The position numbers and the translations under genes are program-made. From assembly GCA_964521585.1 (NCBI GenBank), contig CAZFSC010000004.1:1397-65396 (forward strand): a DNA stretch of 64,000 nucleotides. The letters run 5' to 3'. A model generated the notes under the pieces. The model ran no database searches. It had not been told where the DNA came from and saw only the letters and a program-made list of their open reading frames with translations. This DNA is from an uncultured Limnohabitans sp. (GTDB taxonomy: Bacteria > Bacteroidota > Bacteroidia > Cytophagales > Cyclobacteriaceae). Position 1 is the stretch's first letter; each line of letters starts with the position of its first letter. Shown piece after piece: positions 8,892 through 18,771 of the stretch.

Positions 8892-9380
8892 TTGGAGATC
8901 GTCGAATTACGTAGGATTTATAGAGGAACGGAGCAACTGATACTCATCGGGATTGCTTTGGTTTTGCCGGTTTTCGGGATGATCTATCTTTATTATAATT
9001 CTGGAAATCTTGACTGGGACCTACCCAGCCTGCCTCCGCTGGTGGAAGAAGTTTTGCTGGTCTTGGGAACAGGCATGCTGGTAGGACAGTACATTTTTTT
9101 TCACAAGCGATTGAAAAATACCTTTCTGACAGAAGAACTGATTTTAAAACTTCGTGTCTATGCCAACGCTACCAAAGAGCGGTACTTCTTGCTGTTTTTG
9201 GTCTCGTTGATCAGTTCGGTGGGTCTTCTTTTTTTTGGAAATGCCGGCTTTGTGGTGATGTTCGCAGTAGCCCTGCTTTTTTTCTCCATTGCGAAGCCTT
9301 CGCCTGATCGTATTGCAAAGCTTCTCAAGCTGGACAAGGATCAGAAGGAATTGATCCGACAGGCTTCCAGACCGGATTAA
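8892..9380 (+). CDS. Hypothetical membrane protein (about 4 TM helices)
   Basis: Four hydrophobic stretches; TTG start; fills the gap up to a terminator. Confidence 0.7.
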   Translation: MEIVELRRIYRGTEQLILIGIALVLPVFGMIYLYYNSGNLDWDLPSLPPLVEEVLLVLGTGMLVGQYIFFHKRLKNTFLTEELILKLRVYANATKERYFLLFLVSLISSVGLLFFGNAGFVVMFAVALLFFSIAKPSPDRIAKLLKLDKDQKELIRQASRPD

Positions 9381-9410
9381 AAAAAAGCGCCAAGAAAAAA
9401 ATCTTGGCGC
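9379..9410 (-). terminator. Terminator ending the ECF operon
   Basis: gcgccaaga/tcttggcgc hairpin with upstream A-tract. Confidence 0.7.
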
Positions 9411-9437
9411 AGAGCTGGTTGGAGCAGGTTGGTGGTT

Positions 9438-10364
9438 TTAATTTTCAATGGTGATGTTTCCAGAAGAGATGCTTCCTTTGATCAAGGGACCTGAGCCGTT
9501 AGTGATTTCTAAAGTCTTTCCTGAACTGATTCCTTCTACTTTCACATTTCCTGAGGAAGCTTTTAATGAATAATTAAAGGCTTTGAGATTGGAAGGAGTC
9601 TGTACTCTGAATGAACCTGAAGTACCATTAAAGGAAGTTTGAGCTCCTAATCCTGCATTTTCAGCCCGAATATTTCCCGAGGTGAATTGGAGATTTCCCA
9701 GAGTTCCGATGTTGGTCAACCGGGCATTGCCCGAAGTCAGCGCTACTGATATTTCTCCCTGAATATCTTCTGCATCAAGTGATCCACTGGTGGACTTGTA
9801 CTTTACATCTCCCTTCACCTGGCTGATTGCTGCATTTCCGCTGGACATTCCCGCCATTACGTTGCCTGAGATGTTGGAGATCTTAAGCGAGCCAGAGGTC
9901 GCATTGATGTCCAAATCTCCTGTAATATTGCTGGCGCTGATTTTTCCGGAGGAAACTTTCAGAAAGGTGCTTTCACTGGATACATTGTGGACAGAAAGGG
10001 AGCCTGATGAATTTCGGAGTTTCAGTTCCAATTCTTTTGGTCCGGTGATTTTGATGTAGCCTTTATTTTTGCTGTTCCAGGAATTGTTGCTGTTGTTTCG
10101 CTCATAGGAGATTTTCAAGACGTCTCCCAAAGTCACAAAGACAATATCCTGATTGCTTTCAGTGGATTCCAGATAGGCGTCTACTTTTACTTCTGATCCT
10201 GATCCACCTTCGTAGCTTACATCCAGCCAACCTCCGTTAACTTCGATAGTCTTGATGTTGGAGTATGATTTTTTGGTGTCTACGATGACATTCTGTGCGA
10301 AGCTGAACGTTGCCATGAATAGCAGTCCAAGCCCCAGGGTAAAAATTTTGGTCAAGTTTTTCAT
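9438..10364 (-). CDS. DUF4097/toast-rack beta-strand repeat protein
   Basis: Signal peptide followed by many (S/T)SG(N/S/K) repeats. Confidence 0.85.
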   Translation of the reverse strand: MKNLTKIFTLGLGLLFMATFSFAQNVIVDTKKSYSNIKTIEVNGGWLDVSYEGGSGSEVKVDAYLESTESNQDIVFVTLGDVLKISYERNNSNNSWNSKNKGYIKITGPKELELKLRNSSGSLSVHNVSSESTFLKVSSGKISASNITGDLDINATSGSLKISNISGNVMAGMSSGNAAISQVKGDVKYKSTSGSLDAEDIQGEISVALTSGNARLTNIGTLGNLQFTSGNIRAENAGLGAQTSFNGTSGSFRVQTPSNLKAFNYSLKASSGNVKVEGISSGKTLEITNGSGPLIKGSISSGNITIEN

Positions 10365-10375
10365 CTTTTTTTTAA

Positions 10376-11170
10376 TTATCTAATGATTATTCCGAAACTC
10401 ATTGCATTCAATTTTGGTCCTTTTCCGCTTTCAAACAGTTCGTTGAAATCGTAGTTGAAGAACATGTTAAAATCTGAAATACCGATTTCAATTCTTCCTC
10501 CATACCGGTAGTTATTGGCATACATATTTGATTTTTCAAAGATCTTTTGCTTGTCCCCTTCACTATCATTGTAGACAAATTTACCTCTGCCTCCAAGCCT
10601 AAGTCCGGCATATCCACCTATTCCGACCCGGAAGTTTCCGTCGTTGGTCAACACAGTGGGTACCAAAGTGAGATTTGCATAAGATGCAGCGATTTTTGAT
10701 TTGGTGCCGGTACCTTCGGTAAACTCTTCAAAGGAAATCCCGGTTGGATTTTTGACCGCGATCAGATCGGTGTCCTCGAGTTTGAAATTATACCAACTGA
10801 CTCCAAGGCCTGTTTTCAGATGGAAGTTTTTGGAGGCTTTGTAGGTTCCTGCCATGTTTAAGTTGACATTCCAGGAGCCCCAAGGTTTGACCTGTGGCGC
10901 ATTATCAGTCGGTGTCCAGAGATTGATTCCCAGATCCACTTCCAAATCGGTCGTGAATTTTCTGGGCTTGTATTCTTTGTGATCCTCGACCTCCTCTTTT
11001 TCGACGATTTCCAGTGAACTGGTCCCATCTTCGTATTTTTCATAGTACCAGGTATTGCCGAAGATGGAGTAGATCTTTTTTTTCTTCACTTTCAGGCTGT
11101 CAGAATCCTGGGCCATTAAGCCCTGAAAGCTGAGACCAAGCATAAGAATAATTAATAGAGATTTTTTCAT
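10376..11170 (-). CDS. Outer-membrane beta-barrel protein (PorT/OMP_b-brl-like)
   Basis: Signal peptide, amphipathic strands; paralog of 11223-12260. Confidence 0.75.
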   Translation of the reverse strand: MKKSLLIILMLGLSFQGLMAQDSDSLKVKKKKIYSIFGNTWYYEKYEDGTSSLEIVEKEEVEDHKEYKPRKFTTDLEVDLGINLWTPTDNAPQVKPWGSWNVNLNMAGTYKASKNFHLKTGLGVSWYNFKLEDTDLIAVKNPTGISFEEFTEGTGTKSKIAASYANLTLVPTVLTNDGNFRVGIGGYAGLRLGGRGKFVYNDSEGDKQKIFEKSNMYANNYRYGGRIEIGISDFNMFFNYDFNELFESGKGPKLNAMSFGIIIR

Positions 11171-11189
11171 TGTGGTTTAGTTTACGTTT

Positions 11190-11215
11190 AAAAAAAGGGG
11201 GGATTTAGCCCCCCT
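11190..11215 (-). terminator. Terminator-like hairpin between the two barrel genes
   Basis: agggggg/cccccct stem with A-tract at 11190-11196. Confidence 0.55.
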
Positions 11216-11222
11216 GTAGTAA

Positions 11223-12260
11223 TTAAAATACTATTCCGAAGGTGATGGGGTTCAAAGCAGGACCTTTTCCTTCCTGGAAGAGTTCATTCATGTCGTAAGT
11301 GGAGAAGAATGTCACCCGACCCACTCCGACTTCACCACGAAGACCGTATCGGAAATTTTGAAGGTACAACCCTGTGTTTTGCTTGTCCTTCTTTCGCCCG
11401 GAGCCATCAAGCTCGCGGTAAACGTATTTGGACTGTCCACCCAATCGGTATCCTACGTAGGGGCCTACTGCGATTCGAAGTCCCTTGTTTCCATTGTCAT
11501 TCATCCGGCCAAAGTCAAGTTCAAGCATGGTCATGGCAGTGACGTAGGATGCAGAAATTTTACTTTTGAATCCGTTCACATCATTTCGCTGGATAAAATC
11601 AATTTCATCGTCGCCTCTGATGGCCTGGAAGTCCCGATTCTCAAATTTGAAATTGTAGAACTGAAACCCAACTCCGAAATCCCAATAGAATCCTTTTGAA
11701 ATCCGCTGTGCAGCCATCCAGTTTAGGCCCACATTCCAGCTTCCCCAGCCTTTGACTGCGTAAGGCTTATCCGAGGTCGGGAACCCACCGTCTTGATCCA
11801 GGTAATTGTTGATTCCAAGGTCTACATTGAAAAAGGTGCGGAAGGGAGGATCAGATTTTTTCTTCAGTCCTGATTCTATCTTGACTTTGGTGTTAGCACC
11901 GGTTTCATCAACCAAGACACGCATCCCTCCGATATAGACTTCCGTTTCCGCTCCGTCTTCATTTACTTTGACGATTTCCTTGGTCGTTCCGTCTTTTTTC
12001 TGAATCTGTACGATCGTCAGCTCGCCGGTTTCATTATTTTGTTTGAGATCCAATTCTCGGATGATCTCATTGATATTCATGTTTTTCAGCTTTTCGAAGT
12101 CTTCTTTGCTGTTGACAATGATGACCACTTTGCCGGATTTACCGAACTCGACGATGACGGAGTCGGAGTTGATCTTATGATCTATAACAGGCATCCCATT
12201 GGATGCAAATCCCATCTGTACGATGGCCATGAGGCAGAATAATAGCAGGTATTTTTTCAT
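11223..12260 (-). CDS. Outer-membrane beta-barrel protein (PorT/OMP_b-brl-like) with N-terminal extension
   Basis: Signal peptide MKKYLLLFCL; ends in PITFGIVF with a C-terminal Phe. Confidence 0.78.
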   Translation of the reverse strand: MKKYLLLFCLMAIVQMGFASNGMPVIDHKINSDSVIVEFGKSGKVVIIVNSKEDFEKLKNMNINEIIRELDLKQNNETGELTIVQIQKKDGTTKEIVKVNEDGAETEVYIGGMRVLVDETGANTKVKIESGLKKKSDPPFRTFFNVDLGINNYLDQDGGFPTSDKPYAVKGWGSWNVGLNWMAAQRISKGFYWDFGVGFQFYNFKFENRDFQAIRGDDEIDFIQRNDVNGFKSKISASYVTAMTMLELDFGRMNDNGNKGLRIAVGPYVGYRLGGQSKYVYRELDGSGRKKDKQNTGLYLQNFRYGLRGEVGVGRVTFFSTYDMNELFQEGKGPALNPITFGIVF

Positions 12261-12298
12261 GATTAAAAGCAATTAAATGAAGTTGGTGATTTAGTTTT

Positions 12299-13084
12299 TT
12301 AAGGCTTTTCAGCCAATTTTTCTTTTTTGGTTATGAGTGCGGTAAAGAGATTGTTTTTTGCATCCTGCAGGTCTGCAAATCCCTGGTCTACTTTACCTAG
12401 CAATCCTTCGACTTTTTCTACTTTTTTGCCGATTTCGGCGATTAAATTTTTATCCTCTTTTTTTTCTTCGATCCCATCCGAGAAGATCTTGACCGTGTAG
12501 ACTGGTGTCTCTGCTTCAGGCTCTTCGATGCGTGCTGCTACAGTCTGATTGACCTGGAGGTTGGGTATCTTCAGCGTCGGTACTTCGATTGGTTCTACTT
12601 CCAGCGCCTTTAACTCTGATGAAGTGTCTTCTGTCGCTTTCTTTTCTTCGCTTCGGGCAATGAAATTTTGTGGTGCAGTAGAAGTTGACTTTTCGATTCT
12701 GTTTCTCTTCTCCTGAGATTGCGGCTCAGACTGGGCTGATTCGGGATTGATTTGTCCGGTTTCCTTTTCTTTCTGATCCTCTGATTGGGTTTCCATTATG
12801 ATTTCAGAAGCATTGTTCTCTGGACTTACCGGAATCTGGCTTGTTTCTTCTGTCAGCAGTACCTGAGGCTCCTCAGTGAAATTATTCTGCAAAGTCAGAT
12901 AGCCCACCAAGAAGAGTATCCCTACCGAAGCTGCTACCGCCCACCAAGCTATCGGGCGGATTTTACGTTCTGTCGCCGGAAGTTGGCTTTCCAATCTTTC
13001 CCAGGCGAGTTTGCTTGGTTTGATGCTGTCTTGGCTTAGTTTTTCTTTGAAAAACTGATCCAAATTGATTTTTTCCTTAGCCAT
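12299..13084 (-). CDS. Probable single-pass anti-sigma factor
   Basis: LDQFFKEKL...PSKLAWERLESQL, then TM segment WWAVAASV and a low-complexity periplasmic region; overlaps the ECF gene stop. Confidence 0.7.
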   Translation of the reverse strand: MAKEKINLDQFFKEKLSQDSIKPSKLAWERLESQLPATERKIRPIAWWAVAASVGILFLVGYLTLQNNFTEEPQVLLTEETSQIPVSPENNASEIIMETQSEDQKEKETGQINPESAQSEPQSQEKRNRIEKSTSTAPQNFIARSEEKKATEDTSSELKALEVEPIEVPTLKIPNLQVNQTVAARIEEPEAETPVYTVKIFSDGIEEKKEDKNLIAEIGKKVEKVEGLLGKVDQGFADLQDAKNNLFTALITKKEKLAEKP

Positions 13085-13646
13085 TTACTGTCCTTTTTAT
13101 TTGTGTGTGACTGGCAATTTTTTCTTTCAATGTATTTCGAGCTCGGTTCAGTTGAGATTTCGAAGTACTTTCTGTGATCCCGAGTAGATCTGCTATTTCC
13201 TGGTGCGAATACCCTTCGATTGCGAAGAGATTGAAAACGGTCCGGTAGCCAACCGGCAGGTTTTCGACCATATCGCGCAGATCTGCTACTTCAAGATGAT
13301 TGAGTTCATAGGAATGATCCTGATATTCAGTTTCCATTTCCATGTTGACTTCCATCATCAGATGACGGTGACTTCTCAGCGTCATCAGTGCCTGTGTGAC
13401 GATGATTCGCTTCATCCAGCCTTCGAAACTTCCCAAGCCTTGGTATTGGGGAAGCTTTTCAAAGATTTTCATAAAGCCTTCGATCATCACATCTTCAGCA
13501 TGTTCCCGATCTTTGAGATATCGGATGCAGATTGCCAAAAATTTCCCCGAATAGGTATCATACAGCTGCCGCTGCGCATTACGATCGCCTTTGAGGCAAC
13601 CCTGAATTAATCCTGACTCGGTAGAAAAAGTTGTTCTGCTAAACAT
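13077..13646 (-). CDS. ECF RNA polymerase sigma factor
   Basis: AEDVMIEGFMKIF, SFEGWMKRI and region 4 LPVGYRTVFNLFAIEGYSHQEIA..LGI.ESTSKSQL.RAR. Confidence 0.95.
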   Translation of the reverse strand: MFSRTTFSTESGLIQGCLKGDRNAQRQLYDTYSGKFLAICIRYLKDREHAEDVMIEGFMKIFEKLPQYQGLGSFEGWMKRIIVTQALMTLRSHRHLMMEVNMEMETEYQDHSYELNHLEVADLRDMVENLPVGYRTVFNLFAIEGYSHQEIADLLGITESTSKSQLNRARNTLKEKIASHTQIKRTVNG

Positions 13647-13668
13647 TGGTTTTGGCTTTCATATAGGT

Positions 13669-13695
13669 AGATGTCAGGCTCCGGCAAATAGTTGC
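13669..13695 (-). promoter_or_regulatory. Putative ECF-type (autoregulatory) promoter
   Basis: Minus-strand GCAAC-N17-CATCT directly upstream of the sigma gene. Confidence 0.6.
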
Positions 13696-13838
13696 ATCAA
13701 GCGTGAAAAAAAGTTAAAAAAAATAATTTTCAACTCTAAAAAAAGTAATCAAAGTTTATAATTAATTGAAATACAGGTTGTAATCGATATTTCGAATCAG
13801 ATCTATTGGAATAGTCAATCCAGTAAAAAAATAATAAA

Positions 13839-14327
13839 TCAAAAATATGCTTTGTAATTGATCACAATATCCTTTTCGGTCCATTCCCCTTTTTTGACGG
13901 TAACAGGCTGAATATTCCCTTGCCCATCAAAGGTATTTGCAAACAGCCCATTTTCTTCCACAGTAAAAATGGAATAGTTTCCGGGACTTAGTTCGATTGA
14001 ATAATTGCCATTCTCATCAGTTTCTACACTGGCTACCGGCTCACCTTTAACCGAGGTGTAAAGTCCATCTTCTTGCTTCGCATCCATCATATTGGTCAGA
14101 GGGTAGATTTTCAGCGTCCGTTTTACGGGCATTCCTTTTGGATTCACAGGTTCATCCTTTAGTTCTTCCTCCGATTTGATTGTTGGCATTTGGTTACCTT
14201 CCAGCCAGGTGACTTTGCCCATGACGCCCTGACCATTGCTTTTTTGTGCTTTACATTGACTGAAGGCCATTGCTATCAAAATAAATAAAAAGGAATGAAT
14301 CAAAATTGAAGTTTTTAGCTTGTTCAT
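13839..14327 (-). CDS. Exported protein with carboxypeptidase regulatory-like (Ig) domain
   Basis: Signal peptide; ETDENGNYSIELSPGNYSI motif. Confidence 0.75.
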   Translation of the reverse strand: MNKLKTSILIHSFLFILIAMAFSQCKAQKSNGQGVMGKVTWLEGNQMPTIKSEEELKDEPVNPKGMPVKRTLKIYPLTNMMDAKQEDGLYTSVKGEPVASVETDENGNYSIELSPGNYSIFTVEENGLFANTFDGQGNIQPVTVKKGEWTEKDIVINYKAYF

Positions 14328-14410
14328 TGGTTTAATAATAGATTCCTGCAGCTCTTTTTAGCTTAAATAATCAGTGGTTAATAAATAGGTGTTTCTTTTC
14401 AAACTTGGGT

Positions 14411-15811
14411 TCATATCCCTTCAAAAAGCAAAACCGATTCCAGATAATTGGGAACGATCGTGTTCCAGCCTAATTCGTCATTTAATTTTTTTGCCAGTAC
14501 CTCTGAGCTTTTGTCTTCCCCATGGACTACAAATGCGAATTTAGGTTTTTCCGTAAAACCTTCGGCCCATTCCATCAGCTCGGTTTGATCTGCATGGGCA
14601 GAAAGGCCGTCAATGCTATAAATTTTGGCTTTAACCTCTACAGATTGTCCATAGATCTGGATCTGTGGCTCCCCGTCAAGGAGTCTTCGGCCGCGGGTGC
14701 CTTCTGCCTGATATCCCACGAAAATGACCCCATTGCGCTCGTGAGGCAAATGGTGAAATAAATGGTGTACCACACGTCCACCTGTGGCCATCCCGCTGGC
14801 CGAGAGGATGATTGCATTGCCTTTGTATTCATTCAGCGTTTTTGATTGCTCCTGTTTCTGATAGTAATGGAGTTGGGAATGCTGGAAAGGATGACCTTCA
14901 GTCTCTTCCAGGACAGCATTCAACTGATGATCCTGATGAAACTCCTGATACACCATTGTCGCATCGATAGCCATTGGGGAATCGACGAAAATTGGAACTT
15001 TCGGGATTTTTCCTTTTTCCATCAATTGGAACAAATAATACATCAGCAATTGGGTTCTACCCACCGAAAAGGCAGGAATAATGACTAAGCCACCCCGATC
15101 AAAGGTTTCCAAAATAGCTGACTGCAGTTCTTGTGCCGGCTTTACAGGAGTTTGCTTTCGATCTCCGTAAGTAGATTCGATCCAGATCGCATCTGCTTTG
15201 GGGATCAGCGAAGGAGGATAGAGAATAGGGTCATGATATCTACCCAAATCTCCTGAAAAAACCAGGGTCTTGGTTTGGGAATCTCCCTTGATTTTGATTT
15301 TGACAGAGGCTGCCCCAAGGATATGTCCGGCGTGAAAAAAAGTCACCTGCACAGAATCATGGATGGAAAAGGATTTCTCGAAAGGTTGTGGTACTAACAT
15401 CGGAAATACTGCTTCGGCATCTTCTTGTGTATACAATGGTTGAGGATCATCATGTCTTGAATATCCTTTCTTTCTTGCATACTCTGCCTCTTCCTCCTGG
15501 AGTTTCCCTGAATCCATGAGCAGGATCTTTGCTAATTCGGCAGTGGCACCTGTACAATATATCGGGCCCTTAAATCCCTGCTTCACTATTCTGGGCAAAC
15601 TTCCAATATGATCCAGATGCGCATGAGTGAGGACAATGGCTTCCATGTCAGTTGGGGGCATGGGGAATTTATCCCAATTTCTTTCCCGAAGCTCTCTTCT
15701 ACCCTGAAATAGCCCGCAGTCTACGAGAAATTCAAATTCGCCTAGGTCGATTAAATATTTTGATCCGGTAACGGTGTTGGCTCCACCTAAAAATTTTATG
15801 GTTACATCCAT
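14411..15811 (-). CDS. MBL-fold/beta-CASP ribonuclease family protein
   Basis: THAHLDH, AGHILG, FSGDLG, ESTYG and SAHAD motifs. Confidence 0.92.
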   Translation of the reverse strand: MDVTIKFLGGANTVTGSKYLIDLGEFEFLVDCGLFQGRRELRERNWDKFPMPPTDMEAIVLTHAHLDHIGSLPRIVKQGFKGPIYCTGATAELAKILLMDSGKLQEEEAEYARKKGYSRHDDPQPLYTQEDAEAVFPMLVPQPFEKSFSIHDSVQVTFFHAGHILGAASVKIKIKGDSQTKTLVFSGDLGRYHDPILYPPSLIPKADAIWIESTYGDRKQTPVKPAQELQSAILETFDRGGLVIIPAFSVGRTQLLMYYLFQLMEKGKIPKVPIFVDSPMAIDATMVYQEFHQDHQLNAVLEETEGHPFQHSQLHYYQKQEQSKTLNEYKGNAIILSASGMATGGRVVHHLFHHLPHERNGVIFVGYQAEGTRGRRLLDGEPQIQIYGQSVEVKAKIYSIDGLSAHADQTELMEWAEGFTEKPKFAFVVHGEDKSSEVLAKKLNDELGWNTIVPNYLESVLLFEGI

Positions 15812-15838
15812 GGGGTTTGGGTTTAGGCCAGAATATAC

Positions 15839-15869
15839 AAAAAAAGAAGCGCTCCATGGAGCGCTTCTT
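15839..15869 (-). terminator. Terminator after the pspC-domain gene
   Basis: Perfect palindrome aagaagcgctccatggagcgcttctt with adjoining A-tract. Confidence 0.75.
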
Positions 15870-15871
15870 GA

Positions 15872-17830
15872 TTATTGATTTACGGTAACCGTATCCCGAT
15901 ACTGGATCTGCTGCAAACTATCCAGTTTTTCCCTGGAGAATCCAGTTGTGTCCATGCTGGATTTCTCGGTCTCCTCTTCCTGATTGTCGGATTCCCGCTC
16001 GCAGTTGAGGCAGATCAAACCTTTTTCATTAAACATCCAAACGGTACTCGCTGAAAGGTCTGAGGAGCGGAATCCATTTCTGTAGATCGTATTTCGAAGG
16101 ATTTCCAGAAGTGAACGATCCATGATGAAAGGCTTCTCATAAGGAACCTGCAATATTAAGTTCAACTTCTGATCCCTAAAGACATCCATGGATTTGATTT
16201 CAAATCCCTCATCAAAGATCACCAAGCTATCCATTACGGTATAATTGTAACCTAGATTTTTTGCGTTTTCCATGGCTTGAGCCTTGGTTTTGCCTCTTGA
16301 GAAAAATTCTTCTCGAAGCACCACTTGGTTATTTGGAGTTCCTTCAATTTTCAGATTCACTGAGTTGAAAGTAGGCTCCTCGCCGATCGGATTGAGTTGA
16401 AGAATCATGGTATTGCCGGTAATAGGCAGTACTTCTTCGGTTTTATACCAATTTTCCTCCTTAAACTGTACGACGATGGAAGGGATTTGGAAGGCGCAAA
16501 TACCTACGCAAAGCAACCAGAGTCCCAATGCTACTAGCCCGAATCTGCTTCCAATGAGATTCTTTTGTGCTAATACACTTAAGCCAAGCATGATGATGAT
16601 AATTCCTGGGATGATCAAAAGAAATGAAGCTCCCAAAATCAACCATACAGGTATCAAATCACTGAATAGTTCGAATGGAAAATCTGCCATCAGCACGACA
16701 AAGTCATCATTGCTAACCAAACCAAAATAGACAAAGAGTAGAATAATCGGTGCGACAGTAATGAAGAGCCCGATGAAGAAGACCAAGAGCCCGAAAATCA
16801 CCCGGATCACATTCAGAAAGAATCTACCCAAAGGTCCAAGTGCACTTCCGATAGCTTCGATTACCTGACCCAAGATTCTGAATGGAGTCAGCAAGATGGT
16901 TTTGGTTCTGGATTCTGGCATAACCGGACTTGGATTGCGGTTTTCCTTCAATGTGGAGTCGATGTTGTCCAAAGTGATTTCTCCACCTTTCATCCGGATG
17001 CGTTCGGTGATGGAGCTTGCCACTGGAGTGATGATCCACAAGATCAGGTAGATCAAGATGCCTGAGCCGCCGGCTGCTATCAAAAGGACAAATGCCAAAC
17101 GGATATAGATTACTTCAAAATTGAAATAAGCAGCAAGTCCACTGGCTACTCCACCAAGTACTTTGTCATCTGGATTTCGATAGAGTTTTTTGATGTTTTT
17201 ATCCTCAGTGACTTCGTAGGAGACAGGCAGGATGATCCATAGTACGATGTAGGCAATGACCGCAAATAAGCCGAAGCTTAGGTTCATCCTAAAGTCATCA
17301 AATGGCAGGATGTTCAACGGTCCGAGATTGAATTTCAAATTGCCACTGAAGAGCAATAGAATAGCAATCAGACGGGTCCATAGTGGATCTATGGCGAAAT
17401 AGTGAGCAATCCCTGCACATACCCCACCCAGTATTTTTTTGTTTTCCAGGCGGACAAGTTTCTTATACCCACCTTGCTCCGCATTCGGCGGAGTGACATA
17501 GCGGTAGTAATCCTCGTCTTTCGGTTCTTTTTCAGAGTGGATTGAATCCTCAGATTTCTCCTCTTCAATAGCTGCAAAATCCGCGATGGTTCCCATCTTC
17601 TCGATGAGTTTTTCCACGTTTTCAGCAGTGATGACTTGTTTGTTGTTTTTGAGGTTACTTAGGAAAATCTCAGCAATGCGATTTTCGATATCAGAAATGA
17701 TCTCCTGATTGTCAGAATAGGAAGAAAAGTGGGCATTGATCGCATCCAGGTATTTTCGGAGCTGATCGTATCCATCTTCCTCGATGTGGAATAAGATTCC
17801 ACTGATGTTTATGCTTATCGTCTTTTTCAT
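15872..17830 (-). CDS. PspC domain-containing membrane protein (two PspC repeats)
   Basis: MKKTISINISG N-terminus; two (L/I)GGV(C/A).G(I/L)A.YF PspC motifs; multiple TM segments; periplasmic C-terminal domain. Confidence 0.9.
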   Translation of the reverse strand: MKKTISINISGILFHIEEDGYDQLRKYLDAINAHFSSYSDNQEIISDIENRIAEIFLSNLKNNKQVITAENVEKLIEKMGTIADFAAIEEEKSEDSIHSEKEPKDEDYYRYVTPPNAEQGGYKKLVRLENKKILGGVCAGIAHYFAIDPLWTRLIAILLLFSGNLKFNLGPLNILPFDDFRMNLSFGLFAVIAYIVLWIILPVSYEVTEDKNIKKLYRNPDDKVLGGVASGLAAYFNFEVIYIRLAFVLLIAAGGSGILIYLILWIITPVASSITERIRMKGGEITLDNIDSTLKENRNPSPVMPESRTKTILLTPFRILGQVIEAIGSALGPLGRFFLNVIRVIFGLLVFFIGLFITVAPIILLFVYFGLVSNDDFVVLMADFPFELFSDLIPVWLILGASFLLIIPGIIIIMLGLSVLAQKNLIGSRFGLVALGLWLLCVGICAFQIPSIVVQFKEENWYKTEEVLPITGNTMILQLNPIGEEPTFNSVNLKIEGTPNNQVVLREEFFSRGKTKAQAMENAKNLGYNYTVMDSLVIFDEGFEIKSMDVFRDQKLNLILQVPYEKPFIMDRSLLEILRNTIYRNGFRSSDLSASTVWMFNEKGLICLNCERESDNQEEETEKSSMDTTGFSREKLDSLQQIQYRDTVTVNQ

Positions 17831-17911
17831 TTGTGTGTCGTTTTTATTCAGGTGAAATGACCGGGCTTTTGGTCGATCGCTCATTCATTTCTTACCCTTG
17901 AATCCATTATT

Positions 17912-18241
17912 TCAATTCTTAGCGGTGATTGTTTGAGTGGAATTGACCAAAGAAGACCAAGTCTCAGATAGGGTGCTGAGAAATTCCCTTCCTAATTCGG
18001 TAATGGAGTAATACTTGCGGGGTGGGCCGGACTCCGACTCTACCCAGCGGTATTCAACGAGTTCGGCAGACTTCAATCTGTTGAGCAGAGGATAGAGTGT
18101 CCCCTCTACTACGATCATTTGAGCTTGAGTAAGCTCTTCAATCAGATCTGAAGTATAGACCTCGCCTCGGGAAATGATATGCAATACGCAAAACTCAAGT
18201 AGTCCTTTACGCATTTGGATCTGTGTGTTGGCGACATTCAT
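17912..18241 (-). CDS. PadR family transcriptional regulator
   Basis: QMRKGLLEFCVL, EGTLYPLLNRL and GPPRKYYSIT. ATG at 18241 preferred. Confidence 0.93.
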   Translation of the reverse strand: MNVANTQIQMRKGLLEFCVLHIISRGEVYTSDLIEELTQAQMIVVEGTLYPLLNRLKSAELVEYRWVESESGPPRKYYSITELGREFLSTLSETWSSLVNSTQTITAKN

Positions 18242-18771
18242 TGTGAGGTGATTTTTATTTCTAGGATGGAAATTTCGTATTCCCATGCTTCTTCTTAGAG
18301 AAAAATGATACCAATCTTTACCAAAGTACCTTGTATAACCTAATTCCTTGCCGTCAAGAGTCACGAGAAAGGGATTTTCTGCTACAAAACCTGCTTATAG
18401 CCTTATTTGAGGCATATTTTGAAAATTTATGCTATTCTAAAAAAATAATTATTGGTTGTAATTGAAGGCATTTCGAATCTATTCAACTGCTAGATTGCGT
18501 ACATTTTTGTGTACGGTAGCGTACAGATTTTCAATCGGATTTTGAGATTTTGTTGGATAAGTCTTGAATCTCTACTAAATAACTGAAAGGTATTGGAGGT
18601 CTCTTAATTTAAAAATTTTATAAGCTTAAATAACATGATCCATCTGCTCCCATAGCCAGGTTGATTCGTATATCCTCACAATTCCTTTTAAAAAGAAGAC
18701 TATTTAGATATTATTGGAAGATTTTCAGTTCTGATTTAATTAGCTGAGTGATTTTGGTTTATTTTGGATTC

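Noticed and set aside
9438-10364. SSG-type repeats as a novel tandem repeat element
   Set aside because: Explained by the DUF4097 beta-strand repeat fold.
17830-18364. Longer N-termini given by the ORF track for the PspC (17884) and PadR (18364) genes
   Set aside because: Family-typical N-termini begin at the ATGs at 17830 and 18241; the extensions look like non-coding read-through.
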